64,000 bases of DNA, from the NCBI RefSeq assembly GCF_009914755.1, contig NC_060927.1; one strand, written 5' to 3'. Shown piece after piece: positions 13,249 to 28,429 of the stretch (the first letter of the stretch is position 1; each line of letters starts with the position of its first letter). The stretch comes from the human T2T-CHM13v2.0 reference genome, Homo sapiens. Below the pieces are notes generated by a model. That model searched no databases. It saw only the letters and a program-made list of their open reading frames with translations, and was not told the origin of the DNA. Position numbers and translations under genes: made by a program.

Positions 13249-14101
13249 CGTAGTATATTTCTCTACTACCTTATGAAGACCGCTCCTGGAAAGACCAAGG
13301 GTGACTTCATTGATCTAATGGCTTTCATAGAGAAAAGCTTGGGATAAATCCATGACTATTTCCTTTGTGCATTGTCACAAGTTTGCAAAAGCAATTATCA
13401 AAGCACTGAGAAAATTGGTCATTCTCAGTAGAATTGCTTTGAATAAAATACGTTAGATTATACCCTTAGATTTAATGTAAAATTATTAATTTAATTTAAA
13501 CAGAACTTTATGATAGATACATGGTGGCCCAAGAAAATAAACAGACTTAGCTGATCATTTGGTATTGGCACATTTTGCAAGTTGAAGCGTTCTTATGTTT
13601 TCTTTGCAAAAATAGTTACATGAACATGCTGAGCTCTTTTCGAAACCTTCTAAGAAATAAGTATGAATACTCCAAAGAGCATATAAACAGATCTTACACA
13701 TGAGCATAGTGTGTCAACCTGGGTCCAACGTACAGTTACATAAAAATGAGAACACAGCTGTGTTGTCATAATCTTCTGAGAGGCTTAAAAAACAAAGGTA
13801 AATATATATTTTAAGTGATTTAAGCTGAGTTGGCTTATCAAAATTGTGCTATATCTTATGAACAAATTAAATTATAAAATCAGCTGCTCCCTGTAAAACT
13901 AAAAAAATGACGACTGTTTTAGGTGAAAGAGTAAGTAAAATGTGTTGAGAGAAAAAAACAGAGTAGGTTGTCTAAAGATGCTGATTTAATAAATTAGCTT
14001 TTGTTGGATCTCAGTGATAATGGTGCCCTACCTACCCTAATTCTCAAATTCCTATCTAAATTCATTTTTTGTCATAGTAGTGGTTTTTTTTTTTTAAATA
14101 A

Positions 14102-14439
<338 letters not shown>

Positions 14440-17400
14440 ATTTTTTTCTTATATTTAGATTTTGTTGATCGTCCCATTATACTAGACCCTTCTACATATT
14501 TTCTTTTGCTGACTTGTCTCCTGATTTTTCCCTACCACAGCTTAATCCTTCTCATTTCAAAACAAATGTGTAAAGCAAAGCTAGAAGGAAGAGTCTTTAG
14601 ATGTTTCTTAAAATATACAAAAAAAGGTAGGGGGTGATGGGAAAATCATCACTTTTCAAGTAAGTGTGCCAGATATAGCTAGCCACATTTTCCAGCCATC
14701 AACCTGCATGGTTGTGCATCACTCATAGACTATCTGCAGTTTGCTTGATACATTTACACAAATCTGGATACACTTAGAAGAAATATAAAATTTCCATATT
14801 TACCTATCTTCAAATATATATTAAATAAGAACAGATATAAAACAGATTAAATTTATTAATCATATATTTATTTTTATAATACAAAAAAGGTATTTAGGAA
14901 AATAAGGAATAGAATAATATGGTCTTCCACAGGACTCTGTCGGCACCATCTGTGTACCTTGAAATAAATTCTATTAAGTTATTTAAATTTCTATGGGATG
15001 AGCATTCAGTGATTACAAGATTAAAGTTGCCTATTAAGAATTCTTTCTTTTAAAATGTCTGATGATCCTATTCTACATCTGGTTAATTTGTACTTATTTT
15101 TTCTTTCTCTAACATCTTTTGATAGTATCATAAAACTACTTTTTGCTTTGTCTCTCATCCCATGTCTCCTTCAAAATTCCTTTTAAATTATAATTTTATT
15201 TTTCAGAATGGTAAGCATGATAATCTTAAATGTAACTTTGAACTTCATTATGGTTATGGCAACATTGAAACATGTGTGCAAGATTAAACAGAAACATTAA
15301 AATATAAGGATTTACTATAAGGATTTACTGCCTACCAATCATGGACCCCATGATCCCAGGAATATTACAATATTCAGGAATATAAACAGTTAAAATGCCA
15401 AATTCATCTGAAAATTTTACATGAAACATTTTGAGACTTACTAGTGTAAATTTTAGGTAATTAAATCTGTTTAATATGCAAAGCATAAAACTTAATTATA
15501 AAAAGAAAATAAGTAACTTCCATAAATCACAAGTCTTCAGGAATAATCTTTGATACCTAAAATATGCATATAGACTCACATACCTACTTTATTTTAAATG
15601 TCTTGATCTATGCTACTGAGGGGGTGTTTTGGATTTTAAAACCAGACAGTTAAAAAATCATTTTCATTTTATTTCTAGATGGTCAATTTTGTCTATGGTG
15701 AACTCATTATCTCATAGTAGAAGGCATATTTGGAAAAAATGTGAAAACAATGTACAATCAAGGAGAGAGATAAAGTATTTAAATCATTTTAAAAAGCAAT
15801 CAAATTGCAAAATTTTGGTGGTTTAACACGAATCAAGAATTATAGCACTTTTGCAATGAGTTATAACTGGTGATAAATGTTCTACATTCCATATCAAAAT
15901 AAGACATCTTATTTCACTCTGCATTGGTCTTTAAAATCTATCAAAGTATAACCTGAATAAAACTGCCTTCCAGCAACAGCTTTAAAACCTATCTCAGCCC
16001 ATGAATGGAAAACAAATCCAAATCCGATCCTTGAAAAGCAAAGGCTCTAAAGAAGCTCTTCAGAAGAGACGGTAAAGAATGAATTCTTTTACTTATCACC
16101 CAACCACATTTCTTAAAAATGTGTTTTGGTGTCTTTTCCTACCAAATTTCTGCTCTACAAGGCAGTCAGTTAAATCTCTCATTTCATAATTTTCACTGTG
16201 CTAGTTCTTTCTTTTCTCCTCTTTTAATAAATTTTCTAAAACTTTCTCAGCCCTGTTTTTAATTCCCCCATCCTCTCTCTTTATTCCTTTCTCAGCTTCT
16301 ATCACGCCACACATTATCTCAATCAGCATAAAAAAGGTAGCACAACAAATCTAAAAAGATTGTATAGACTTTTTTAGAAGAGGCTTGGGGCAGGGGGATG
16401 TTGCAAAAGCTATAATATTTTGGGTTCTATCACATAATTGAGAACATTTGTACTCACAGAGGATATGGGTTCTGGCTTTTCCTTAACTTGAAATCAAGTT
16501 TTTGGAAAGTAATTTTGAAATGGATGATGATGATCCTTTTTAATTGCTTTAACTAAGGAAGTTTATTATTAATATTTTAAAAATTAGTATTTTAAGATCA
16601 ATATCTGTTATTATAAACTCACAGTTGGTGTCCATGTCTCTATATATCAAAGAGATTTGAAGCATATGTATCACTTCTTTTAGTATGAGCATCTTAACTT
16701 TTCCAATCTCAAATTCTGTGAAGTAGAAGAGACTCATATTACTTTACATTCAATCAACAAATATTTTAATATTTTTTAATATGAAGACTCCAAAAGGTAG
16801 AGGAGTACACTGGGTTAAATGGATGGTATTCTTCCACCAGAATATAAGATACTTAAGTCACCTAACTTTTGGTTTTTATAAGCAACATTTTCAACAATTT
16901 TTCAATCTTTATAATGTTCCACAAAGACAGTATAGATTTTATCTAGTTCAGCTTAACAAATATCTATGGAATATCTCCTATATGCACAAAATTTTACTAC
17001 AAAGATACGTTTGGCTGTGCTGTCATTGCTTTCAAGTAACTCTCATTATTAAAATTTAGAGCTTTATTTGCTATGTTTGCTATGGTTGCCATGTCACCGG
17101 GGGATAGCACTTTCCATAGAATATAAAGAAATAAATAGGATCTTCGTCCAGTGTGAATTGGATTTGCAATTCTAATTCAAATGGAAAGAAATATTTTGGA
17201 CCTCAAATTCTCATAGTATTCTTCCGAAACACTCCATAACCCCTCTGGCGGAGGGGAAGCATACTTCCTGGGTTCTCTAAAACAGTTTCTCTCATTAACA
17301 GTTGATCCTCTTCAGGAGTCACAGATTTTTATTGTCTGATAGCATAGCTATCAGTTCGTATATGGATTCACTACCTCAAAGGTGCCTCCTGTTAGAAAAC

Positions 17401-17869
17401 ATTAGCTTTTTTTCAAGAGCAATTCTGGAGTAATCTCTTGTTCAAGCTTATTCACTTGTTCTAGTAAACATAATAATAGGTATGAACTGCAATGGTAGCA
17501 TAAAATCCTTTTAAATTCCATCCATTTAACAGGGGAAATAGATGATTACTCCTGACTATAACATATTACTAAGTGAAATGATAGAAACATCTTATATTGT
17601 GTAAAAGTAAACACTCCATCTATTTCTTACTGTTAAAAAAAAAGTACTGATGAGATGTAGCAAAGATTTCTCAGGATAAAAATTAACTTTTTTTGTTATA
17701 AGTGGATGTGGCATAATGTACATGTATTCTTGGAAAAAAATTAAAAGATCCAGAAAAAGATACAGGTCATCAAAATGTAGTTTTAACAAATCATCTTTTT
17801 CTGAGTAATAAATTAGCTTCAAATTAACAATGAGTTTGTATAAAATGTATAAAAAATAACATTTATATC

Positions 17870-18170
<301 letters not shown>

Positions 18171-18477
18171 GAGAAGATTTATAGCTTAATGGAAAGACTT
18201 GGATTCTTTGCTCTTAATTCAAAAGAGTTTTTGTTTTATTAGCATTTACTTTTTGAGATTTTACAATATATTTGGAACTTCTTTAGGTAGCCAGTGGCAA
18301 TCCAAAATTACATTTTAAAATGTAAAAAAGAGAAAACTTTTCAATTACTAAGGCAGGCAAAGCACTAGGAAATGAATAAACTTTACCTTTTAAAAAGGAA
18401 TCTGTCAACTGCAAAGTTTGTATATCTCAGTGACATCAAGTGATTTTTGCACTGTCCCATTGAAAGCAAAGTTTCCT

Positions 18478-18786
18478 TTATTTATTTATTTATTCATTTA
18501 TTTTTGAGACGGAGTCTCGCTCTGTCGCCTAGGCTGGAGTGCAGTGGCGAGATCTCGGCTCACTGCTAACTCCGCCTCCCGGGTTCACGCCATTCTCCTG
18601 CCTCAGTCTCCAGAGTAGCTGGAACTACAGGCGTCCGTCACCACGCCCGGCTAATTTTTTGTATTTTTAGTAGAGACGGAGTTTCACCGTGTTAGCCAGG
18701 ATGGTCTCGATCTCCTGACCTGGTGATCCAACCGCCTCGGCCTCCCAAAGTGGTGGGATTACAGGCGTGAGCCACCGCGCCCGGCC
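18478..18786 (-). mobile_element. AluY, antisense
   Basis: ttcacgccattctcc, ccgtgttagccaggatggtctcgatc Y diagnostics; TSD-like caaagttt(c/t)ct on both sides. Confidence 0.95.
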
Positions 18787-21700
18787 ACAAAGTTTTCTTT
18801 TAAACAAAACATGGAAAAGTTCTTGCTTGAACTTTCACACTGATTAATCAAAGTAACAAATCTCTACATCATTAAGAGAACTTTTGATTTGTTTCATTAT
18901 AGAGAAAGTCTCAAAGAATTCCATTACCCTTAGACACAACTAATTCATTCCTCAGAATAACAAAGGTATTAAAGAAAAATCACTTGACAGATGAGGAGGA
19001 AAAGTAGCTCTTAAATGTTAAATAAAGATGTGGCTTCTATATTTAATTAAAAAATAAGGTATAAATTAACAACACAATCTTCTCAGGAGTTGTAAACTAG
19101 AAAAGTATCAGAATTAGTGAAAATCTTCCCTTAAGTAAAACTGTTCTTACTTGTATTTTCTGCATTATTTGTGACCTCTGGCCATTTTTAATTTGTCATA
19201 ATAAACTCATTTCTGGTTAGATAATAAGTTATAATCTCAACAAATCAGAACAACTGAGATACAAGTATAGATAGGGTGCTCTACAAAATAATAAAAGGAG
19301 GACAACTCTAATTCAGGATTCCTATTTAGTTAGTAACAGGGTCTCCATCTCATTATCCCTCGCTGAAGTGAGAACTATCTTTATCCCAAAATAATACATT
19401 ATTATAGAAAAAATTCCAAGGATATAAGAATCATTTTTCATATATTCCATTCAATTTGTATATTTAGGTATTAGTAACTGAGGATAGATATCTTTGTTTC
19501 ATGAGTTCAATATGAGCTTACATGAGAAGCAAATTGATGTGAACATTTCTCTACAAGTTTTTCCACATTCGTAGCTCATCCTTAGAACAGTCTTAATTTG
19601 GCTCTGTTCTATAAAGACTCAATATCATTTAATTTTTCAAAATCATGATAGGGAGAAGAATGCTAATTTGTAAAGATAGGCAAACACTACACTTTTAAGA
19701 TTTTTACCGTAAGTAAAATGTCCTCTTCCACTGCTTTTATAATTAAAAATCTCTTTCCTACCTTTAGTAATTTGTAGGATGAACTGTATGCATTTAGATA
19801 GAAATTGCTTTTGTTAAATTTACATTTAAACACATCTTCATTCACTTAGAGAAGCCATAATATAATTCTTCATATTAGTTTATTTTTCAAAGTAGTAACT
19901 TTTGCTATCTTTAGAATTCTCATCTACCCAGTAATATAATTATTAAAGTCATGAGGAAGTTTTTCTTTGACTGTGCATGCTTTATTTATTACCATATTGT
20001 TTTTGTCTTCAGAATAAGTCTGCTCAAAATTGTAGCCTTTAGAAGCTCTATAACAAAAATCAATGGCCAATAACTTGCTAACAAACTTGTAACTGAACAA
20101 GCTATTTTTTTCTGTCAATGTGATTGATATGCTCATTGTTAAATTTAACTTGTTTAAATATCCATTGGTATATTATCAAGAGCTATTACTGCAATAACCT
20201 CAAAGTATCTTTAAGACAATGCTGAATATCATACATAGTTAATAAACAATGATTGGAGCTTTTCAAAATTGCTGCTCTGCATGGAAAGTAAGGTTTAATG
20301 TGTATAAATGTTTGTCATTGAAGTTTGGAATTTATTTTAATGTACTCTTTCTTCCCATGCTAGATATGTCTTCAAAGAAAAATGTATTAATATATTCATA
20401 CTATGCAAAAATATCATTTTATTCTTACCAAAAAAATGTAGCTTTGATAAAATTTTATGGTTTTTAGGCCTCTTAGAGTAAAAAAAATCAAAATGTGAAA
20501 TGGGAGCATTTTGGGGAGCGAGCAGGACACAATATCTGAGCAGTGTTAACAAATATGAACATGAGTAACATTTGATGTAAAGATTATGGTGTGTGCTTGA
20601 TTTTGGATACATTATTATTCATTTTGTTAGTCACATTCCACCTTGGATTGTGACATTGAAAAACATTGAATATATACAGGATATAAATATCTTTGGGATA
20701 TTTTACATAATCATACTTATTTTTAATTTTGTGTACAGTGAAAACTTTGACAGTTTAATTTTGAATTTTGAAGGAATAATTTTTAACAGTCTTTGTTTCT
20801 TAAAATGTTAATTATGGTATACGTGCTATAGTAACCTCATTTTTTAAAAAAATCAGAGGCAAAGCAAGAATGCAGAACATGGCAACAGACTAAGTTCCAC
20901 TAAAATTAAGGAAAACACTAAAAGGTAATACAGTACAAAGAGGAGTTTGTTTTAAAATTGTTACTTACCTCATTTTAAAAACTGTTAGAAAAGAGTGAAT
21001 AAAAAGTATGTCACAGTACTCTTACTGGTAATTTTGAAACTAAAGTGCATTTCAAGGATGGGAATCTCTAATATAAATGAGTACACTAATAGTTGTTAAA
21101 ATATGTATTGATACATACAATTAGAAAGAAATGTCATCAAAATATCAAAAATAGGAAAAAGTTCATTTTAAAAATGTTTTGTAATGGAACAAGTCATCAA
21201 AATTCTTAACATTTCCATATTATTAATCCTTTGTTTTCCAAGACATATATAATCAAAGAATTTGCCAAAAAATTCAAATAATAATACATTGAATATTGGA
21301 CTGCCATAGCACTTTAAACATATTAATAAATTATCCCATGGATAATAAAGAGATTTTTTTCCAGCCATCATTAAATATAAAAATAGTATATATAAAGATG
21401 CATAAAAAAGGAACTTACTTGATACCGTCTTTTAGCATCAATTTATCTTGTTAAGCAGTTATATTAATTTTACACATACTCTTAAATGCTTAAAAACATA
21501 GTACTTACATATTAATTTTATGTGATATAATATGTTTTGATCTCTAAATGCTTACATTCTTTCAAGAAGATTGCCTTCTCTTTCCAGTTGTTTTAAGTAT
21601 TTTAAAAAAGAGCCATTGTATTTTTTATATTTCCATTCAGTCTCATTATGCTTGAAAGTTTCCAACTCTCAAATAAGTTGAAACCAAGTGTCATAGCACA

Positions 21701-22259
21701 GTGGCTAGAAGTTATTCTTTTTGAAGTTATTCTTCTTTTATTTAATATTAGTCTGATATCCCCTAAAATTTGCTAGAGAAAGCAAACTCTTCTCATGAAT
21801 GGAAATACAAAATGAAAATTCTCCACTGGATGTTATAAATTCAAAAAAAGAACATATATTTTTTATAGTTACTTCTCACTACTTACTGCTTATTCAGTTT
21901 GTAAAATCTTACCAAGTAGGATACTTCAAACAAGAGTGAAAAGCTACTCCATTTACGTGTAATCTGCTTATTTTCTTCAGAGTTTCCAAAAACCTTTGAG
22001 AAAACAAAATAATCGTTTTCCCCACCTTACAACCTTGATCACTCTACCATTAAATGCAATAATAAGGTATCTATAATATAACAATCAAAAATATCAGTCA
22101 AAGCTTAGTGTTTACCTCTTTAAACTATATAACAAATATAACCGTAGCAACAACAAATTAAAGGAGATCATGTCTCCTTACTGGTCCAAAATTGTATAAT
22201 TCCTAAATTTTCATATATATACATATACTGACATACCTTTAAAATATATTTATCTGTAA

Positions 22260-23570
22260 GTCCATTCACTCCATTCAACTGTTTATTGAACACTACCATG
22301 TACCATTGTCCTGTTCGAAGCACTGAGGATACATGGTGACCAAGACAAGCAAAGTCCCTGTCTCATGGAATTGACCTTCTAGTGATAAAGACACACAATG
22401 AAGAAATAGTGATGTGCTGTGCTTATAATTAAAAATGTTACATAGCATGACTGTGGCTCCTTTAAGCGGTAGAGGAAATCTTCCCCCAAGGACATGCCAT
22501 TTAAACTGATATCTGAAAAGCATGAAGGAAGCATCCATGAGAAGATATGGGGGAAGAGCATTACAAGCAGAGGGAAAATTTAATGAATGAAATTACAAGC
22601 AGAGGGGGATAGTTAATGAATGAAAATTTGGAGTGTTGGAGAGTAGAGAACAGTGTTCTTGGTACACTGAAATGAGGCAAAAAGAGGAGAAGGTATACGC
22701 ATGAGGCTACTGGAGTAATTCCAGCAAAAACGTGGTGGATTCACTACTTCAAGATTTGGAAGGCATCAGTATATATATGCTATTTAAAGTTTGGAAATCA
22801 CCTAGGAAAAGCCTGTGGAGGTAGGCCTAGGATTGCACTATATGCTATTCCAATGTTTAATAGGCAGATAATTAGAATTAAACAGAAGAAATGGAGTATA
22901 AAGTAAGCTAGAGAAAAAGGAAATGCAGTTGCTCATCTGGATTAAATGCTTTTAAGAAGTCAAGATTAGAACAAAGACATGTCCATGGGAATTAGCAACA
23001 TGGAAGTTGTTGTTGTTGATGACCTTCACAAGGTCATCAACTATGAAAATAGTGGAGTCAACTATCAACTATGAAATAGTGGAGTCAAATCCCAACTGAC
23101 ATGGATTAAGGCGAGATGTAAAGGAAGGAGGTGAAATCACTATCTATAAACAACTCTCTCAAAAAGCTTTGATGTAAAGGGAGCAAGAGAAATAGGATAA
23201 TAGCTGGAGAAAGGAAGTCAAGGAATTGTCTTGTTTTTTAAGGATGCTACAGCATATTTATCTACTAATGAAAATGACTTGGCAGACAGGGGAAAACTGA
23301 TTATGCAAGAGAGATGATAATTGTAACAAAGGCCTTGAGAGATAGAGGGGTTGCGATTTAAAGCATAAGTAGGGAGGTTAATTTTTGATAGGTGCCGGAA
23401 TATAGAACTCCAATGAAAGGAAGGCAGAATGTGTAATGTGCAAATAGGTTGGTATATTTGTGGTAGAAAGGGAAGGATGTCACTACGTAAGTTTTTTTTT
23501 AATTTTACCCAGAATGAGATAAAAGCCAATATGCAGGATGGGAAGGACGTATAGGTTGGAAGAGACATAT
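22260..23570 (-). mobile_element. L2 LINE, 3' portion
   Basis: ccattcaactgtttattgaacactaccatgtacca (L2 3' end, reverse) followed by typical L2 body. Confidence 0.75.
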
Positions 23571-24118
23571 GTAAGTAGTTGGATAGTAGGAAAGTGAATA
23601 TATATTTGATGAAATATTTTAAAGGCATCTTTACTAAATATTTTTGAGACATCTTATTGGAAGACCCGAAACTTTGAATTCTGTGGTTTCCAAGGACTCT
23701 GGTAAGAGTCCTTTCCATAATGTAGAGATTGAGAACTTCTCAATGCCATAAATACTGTTTTCCTTATTTTCATCTATTACAGATTAAAAGGCAGAAACAT
23801 TTTGTAGCTAATCTGTTATAATGCAAAGCCTATCAAACTTAAAATTAGCTTAATCCTGAAAGATGTATATTGCATAATCAACCTGTCACTTTTTTCAAAC
23901 ACGATTTGGGAGGGTATTGAGGTCCCATGTAAATTTTAAAATAAAAGACAAACAGGAACTAATCTTTTAGTAAAAATTATTTTGTTTTCATATAGGAAAA
24001 CAATGCCTTCTGTCATTTACGGAAAACACATGGGCAATATGGTTGGTTGTTCATTGTGCCCCTCTATCCTATAGGAAGAATGTGATCTTTTAATTGTGCT
24101 TGCTGCTTTGTTTCTGGA

Positions 24119-24200
24119 GATATATATATATATATTATATATATGTATATATACCATATGTATATATACATATGTATGTGTGTATGTGTGTATATATATC
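24119..24200. repeat. TA/TG-rich low-complexity microsatellite
   Basis: tatatatata...tatgtatgtgtgtatgtgtg. Confidence 0.9.
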
Positions 24201-25282
24201 TCTCTAGGTTGTATGTAATTCAATATGTTGGAATTTAAAGATGCATTATTATTTGGATTTGATGTGAAATTAGATTGTGAATAATGGAGATTGCTCTCCA
24301 TTTTTTGCTGTTCTAGCATAGCCAAAAATATATAGATGTACATATACATATGTATTTGATTAAACACTTTAAATTTTAAATGGCCGCATCAAATTTTAAA
24401 TGGTAGATGATATCAACAATTGCAGTGCACTCAAAATGTTATAAAATCTTTGTAGCACAAATCCTGAAGTATATGCAAACTAAATAGCATATTTATATAA
24501 AATACCTAGATAACATGTCTAGGTTGAGATATTTAATCCCTCATAGAGCTATATTTGACTAATAAAAAACGACAGCTAAAAATAATTTCCCTCCCTATAA
24601 GTACAAATATGATTTTTAAAGCATCATTGTAACTTGTCATGAAGCTATTTATTATTAATTAAGGATTTAACTCTGTACCCATCTGCTCTTACAAAAGGGG
24701 AAAAAGATTTATCTATGAGAATAGGGAAGTATAGCACTGTTTTATGTTTTTCTCTTTAGTATTCTGTCACCATTTAAAGCTTCAATATATGCCTTCCACT
24801 CAGGTTCCTGACACAGCCTACATTCTCTTTTCTGGTTATAATCACAATATGGTAGAGCTATAAACAAGGTAAAAAGGTGTTAACAATTGAACTGCAATCC
24901 TACCTATTATCTACTTTACTATAGCAGTGAAGTAGTCCAGACTTATTTGAAGGTGGTACTATTTTTATCTTACAAAAATCTACTATAATATTAATAACTT
25001 TCCATGTAAATTTTCATGTGCTGGCATGCTTACAAGTTAATAGTGTTATAGAATGCTCAGCTCTCAATATGAGGGGTTGTTTGTGGTGAATTGCATAACA
25101 TATGTCATCTATTTGCTGAAAGAATATGCTGTTTAGCAAACTACCTGCTGAGCAACATAATAAGATTTTTGTACAAGGTACAAATTACTAATTATTGTAT
25201 TTTATTTTTCTATGATTTCCTAAGAGGCATTATCAGGGTCTTACAGATGGAGTAAGCCTGTTTATTAAAATATCTATTGGCA

Positions 25283-25340
25283 AATAAAAGTTACAGCTTT
25301 GGTGGTTGAATTTGTGACTTTTTTGTATTGTTGTATTTAT
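25283..25340 (+). terminator. EPHA6: Candidate distal EPHA6 polyadenylation signal
   Basis: AATAAA 25283-25288, upstream TGTA motifs (~25170, ~25196), downstream U/GU-rich tttgtgactttttttgtattgttgt. Confidence 0.6.
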
Positions 25341-26049
25341 GCAGATCTAATGCAATTTATTTTTTGGTCTAATAAATCTAGATGCTGTTTAGATAATTTA
25401 GTAATTCTGGATGCAAAATCATAGTTGTAAATTTTTTAAATAATGTCATTAGGTTTAGACATAAATTCACAGAAATCACTATAAAAAACTAGTAAATATT
25501 TTTGTAGCGATTTTATATTGGAAAATATTTTGTGAGATTCAAGTAAATTAAAGTGTTCATTGCAGAGGCAGTACTGCACAGAAATTGCAGATGAAAAAAG
25601 GGTACACATAACATCAACTGTTGAAACACAGCTTTAGACCAAAGTTTACACCAAAAAGTTGCAGTAAGTTATAAATCAGGGATTATCTATATTCTTTTAA
25701 AAGTTGCTGGTGAGAAAATAACGCTAAAGTATCCTGAATTAATCAGAACAGTGCTGTGTTCATTATATCTGACTCTTTTCTTTTTTATAATTTTCTTACT
25801 ACAGTTCTAAAAGCCAGTATGAAATTAAAACTGGTGAGAAGGTACCTAAAATTATCTTCTGTTATGGTTAAGTGGCTTTAAGAAAATCACGTAGCATTTT
25901 TAAAGCTTGTTATTGTCATAATAAAAAAGAGTCAAACTAACTTCTTAAATCAAGCGAAACAATTGTATCTCAGCCTCTGAATGTACTCGTGAGAGGAGTT
26001 TCAGTTGACAAAGCACCAAAACAGCAGAATCAACCATATGAAATATTTA

Positions 26050-26164
26050 TATGTATTTATTTTTAATAGAGATGGGGTCTCCAACTTCTGGCCTCCGGAG
26101 ATCCTCCTGCCTTACTTAGCCTCCCAAAGTGGTGGGATTACAGTGTGAGCCAGTGTGCCCAGCC
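26050..26164 (-). mobile_element. Alu left-monomer/FLAM-like fragment
   Basis: agagatggggtct...cctcccaaagtggtgggattacagtgtgagccagtgtgcccagcc. Confidence 0.75.
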
Positions 26165-26170
26165 TTTATG

Positions 26171-26471
<301 letters not shown>

Positions 26472-28293
26472 CAGCCTTTATGTTTTTTTAAGTTTAATAT
26501 TTTCAAGGCTAACATTTTTTTCTAGATTATTTTACTGCTTTATTTCATAACATTTATCTCTAGTAATAAGCCATCTATCAACTATACTTATCTAAGATAA
26601 CGATTTGACTAGCTACATTTTTGTAGAAGAATTATCTATCTGCCTTGTTTTCCTGAAAAGTTGGATGCTCAATATGTCCATTTTATTTCCAGTTTTCACC
26701 AAATGTTTTATATTAAGCCAAAAGAGATGAACTCAACCTAGAGGCAGAAAATATCAACTTTTAGCAGGAAAAATTGAGTCTGTCCATGAAAGTTTTCTGA
26801 AATATAACATTTCTGCCGATCGCTAAGAAAAAAAAATGTTATATTTTGGCCGCAAGCACATTAGCTTCCATCTCTTACAAGTAAGTCACAACACCCAGGC
26901 ACACAGAAAAGTGTTCAACACCTCCCTGTCAATGCATTCACGATTAGAAGTTCAGAAGTTAAAGAACCACCATAGTTACGGTTTGGGTCAATTTTGTTTA
27001 CACAATAAAAAGCTCAAGACAAAAGAAGACAGGACATTATTTATTGAACAATAAATATGTGCCAAACATCTGTATTTCTGTTATCTTTAATACTCAGAAC
27101 TACCAGATAAGATAAATACTATATTTTTGAAGGTGAGGATAGAAGCACGGAGAAGGGTAAATTGGGCTAAGACCACACAGTAAGAAAGAATGTATTTCCA
27201 TACTCCATTTTTACAAGGACATTTATATGTTGATATGCATCCATAGGGTCTTTGTTTTGTTTTTGTCTTTCAACAAGAATCACTAATCCAGAGCCGCTTT
27301 TGTTTTTTCGCTGTAAAAATGACAATTACATTTGGAAATTTGGAGAAGTGACAAAAGATAAATCACCCCATAATCACACGCTTACAACCGTCCCCCCTAC
27401 CATATTACTTTGAAATAATTCCTTCTAGTCTCTTTTTGCACCCTCCTAGTCCATTTAATAGGCCAAATGAATTGACAGGCCAAAGAACAGGCAGTGCAGT
27501 AAACATACACTAGCTAGTTGAAAAGGGTCGCGCGGTGGGGGGCAGGGGGTCGGAAATCCTACACCCATGCAAACAAAAAAAATGAAGAGATACAAACCCC
27601 TATTTGAAGAATGAGGCCATTCGCTGGGGGTGAGGTTAGTGGAGTTGGGCAGATTGAAAGGCTAGATCTTTAAAATGACTGCATCTGTAATGTGTCCGTT
27701 GGAAAACGCAGTAATAAAAGATGTGGGGAAGGGTATGCCTAAATATTTTCTATTTGAAGACCATTTGTGACTATGACTATAAAATCCAAGTGCAATTTAA
27801 GAAGGTGGTCAACTTTAAGTATTGACTATTAATACCTTTCCTGACCACCTGCCGATTTGATTCTGGAGACTGTAATCTACTCACAGGAGATTATGCCTGG
27901 TAGAAATCTCTTCGGGAGACCACACAACTAAGAAGCAGGGGTACAGGCATACTTTATTAGCCGAATAACACCTTTTGACTTTTTACACCAGTTCTCCCCT
28001 CTACCTTCCTGTATTAACAGTTTTACCTCTACAGGGACTCAGGGTGGGAGGCCTATCAGAACCCAGAGAAGAGTCGGTGCGATGGGCAACTGGGGAACTC
28101 CGGCGCACATCTTGCCCCAGGGGGGACAGTATCGTCTTGCAGTCGTTGCCACAACGCTACGCTGGTGCCCGGTAACGACACTCTCCGCGCCACACCCAGC
28201 GCCAGCCTCTTGGATCCCCAGGAAGACCAGGGCCGAGCGACAAACACGCAGCACACGCGAACGCCAAACGCTTCCCAGAAAGCTGTGCGCGAG

Positions 28294-28312
28294 CCTACAA
28301 CTCCCATGATGC
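28294..28312 (+). promoter_or_regulatory. ZNF143/THAP11-type (SBS) motif
   Basis: CCTACAACTCCCATGATGC resembles ACTACAANTCCCANNATGC; a second partial TTCCCAGAAAGC at 28272-28283. Confidence 0.65.
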
Positions 28313-28429
28313 TACGCCGGGAACTGCCCGGCTCCTCGCAGGAAATAGGCAGCTCACCCTGCCACCTGTGCACACATTTTTCTTCAATGTATAGTTCCTC
28401 GGCGCGCCTCTGACCTTTTCCCGGAGCTC

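Noticed and set aside
23218-23718. Longest ORF in the window (166 aa)
   Set aside because: Overlaps a decayed L2; no domain or splice support
27525-27553. G-quadruplex upstream of the promoter
   Set aside because: Only three clear G-tracts; too weak to call
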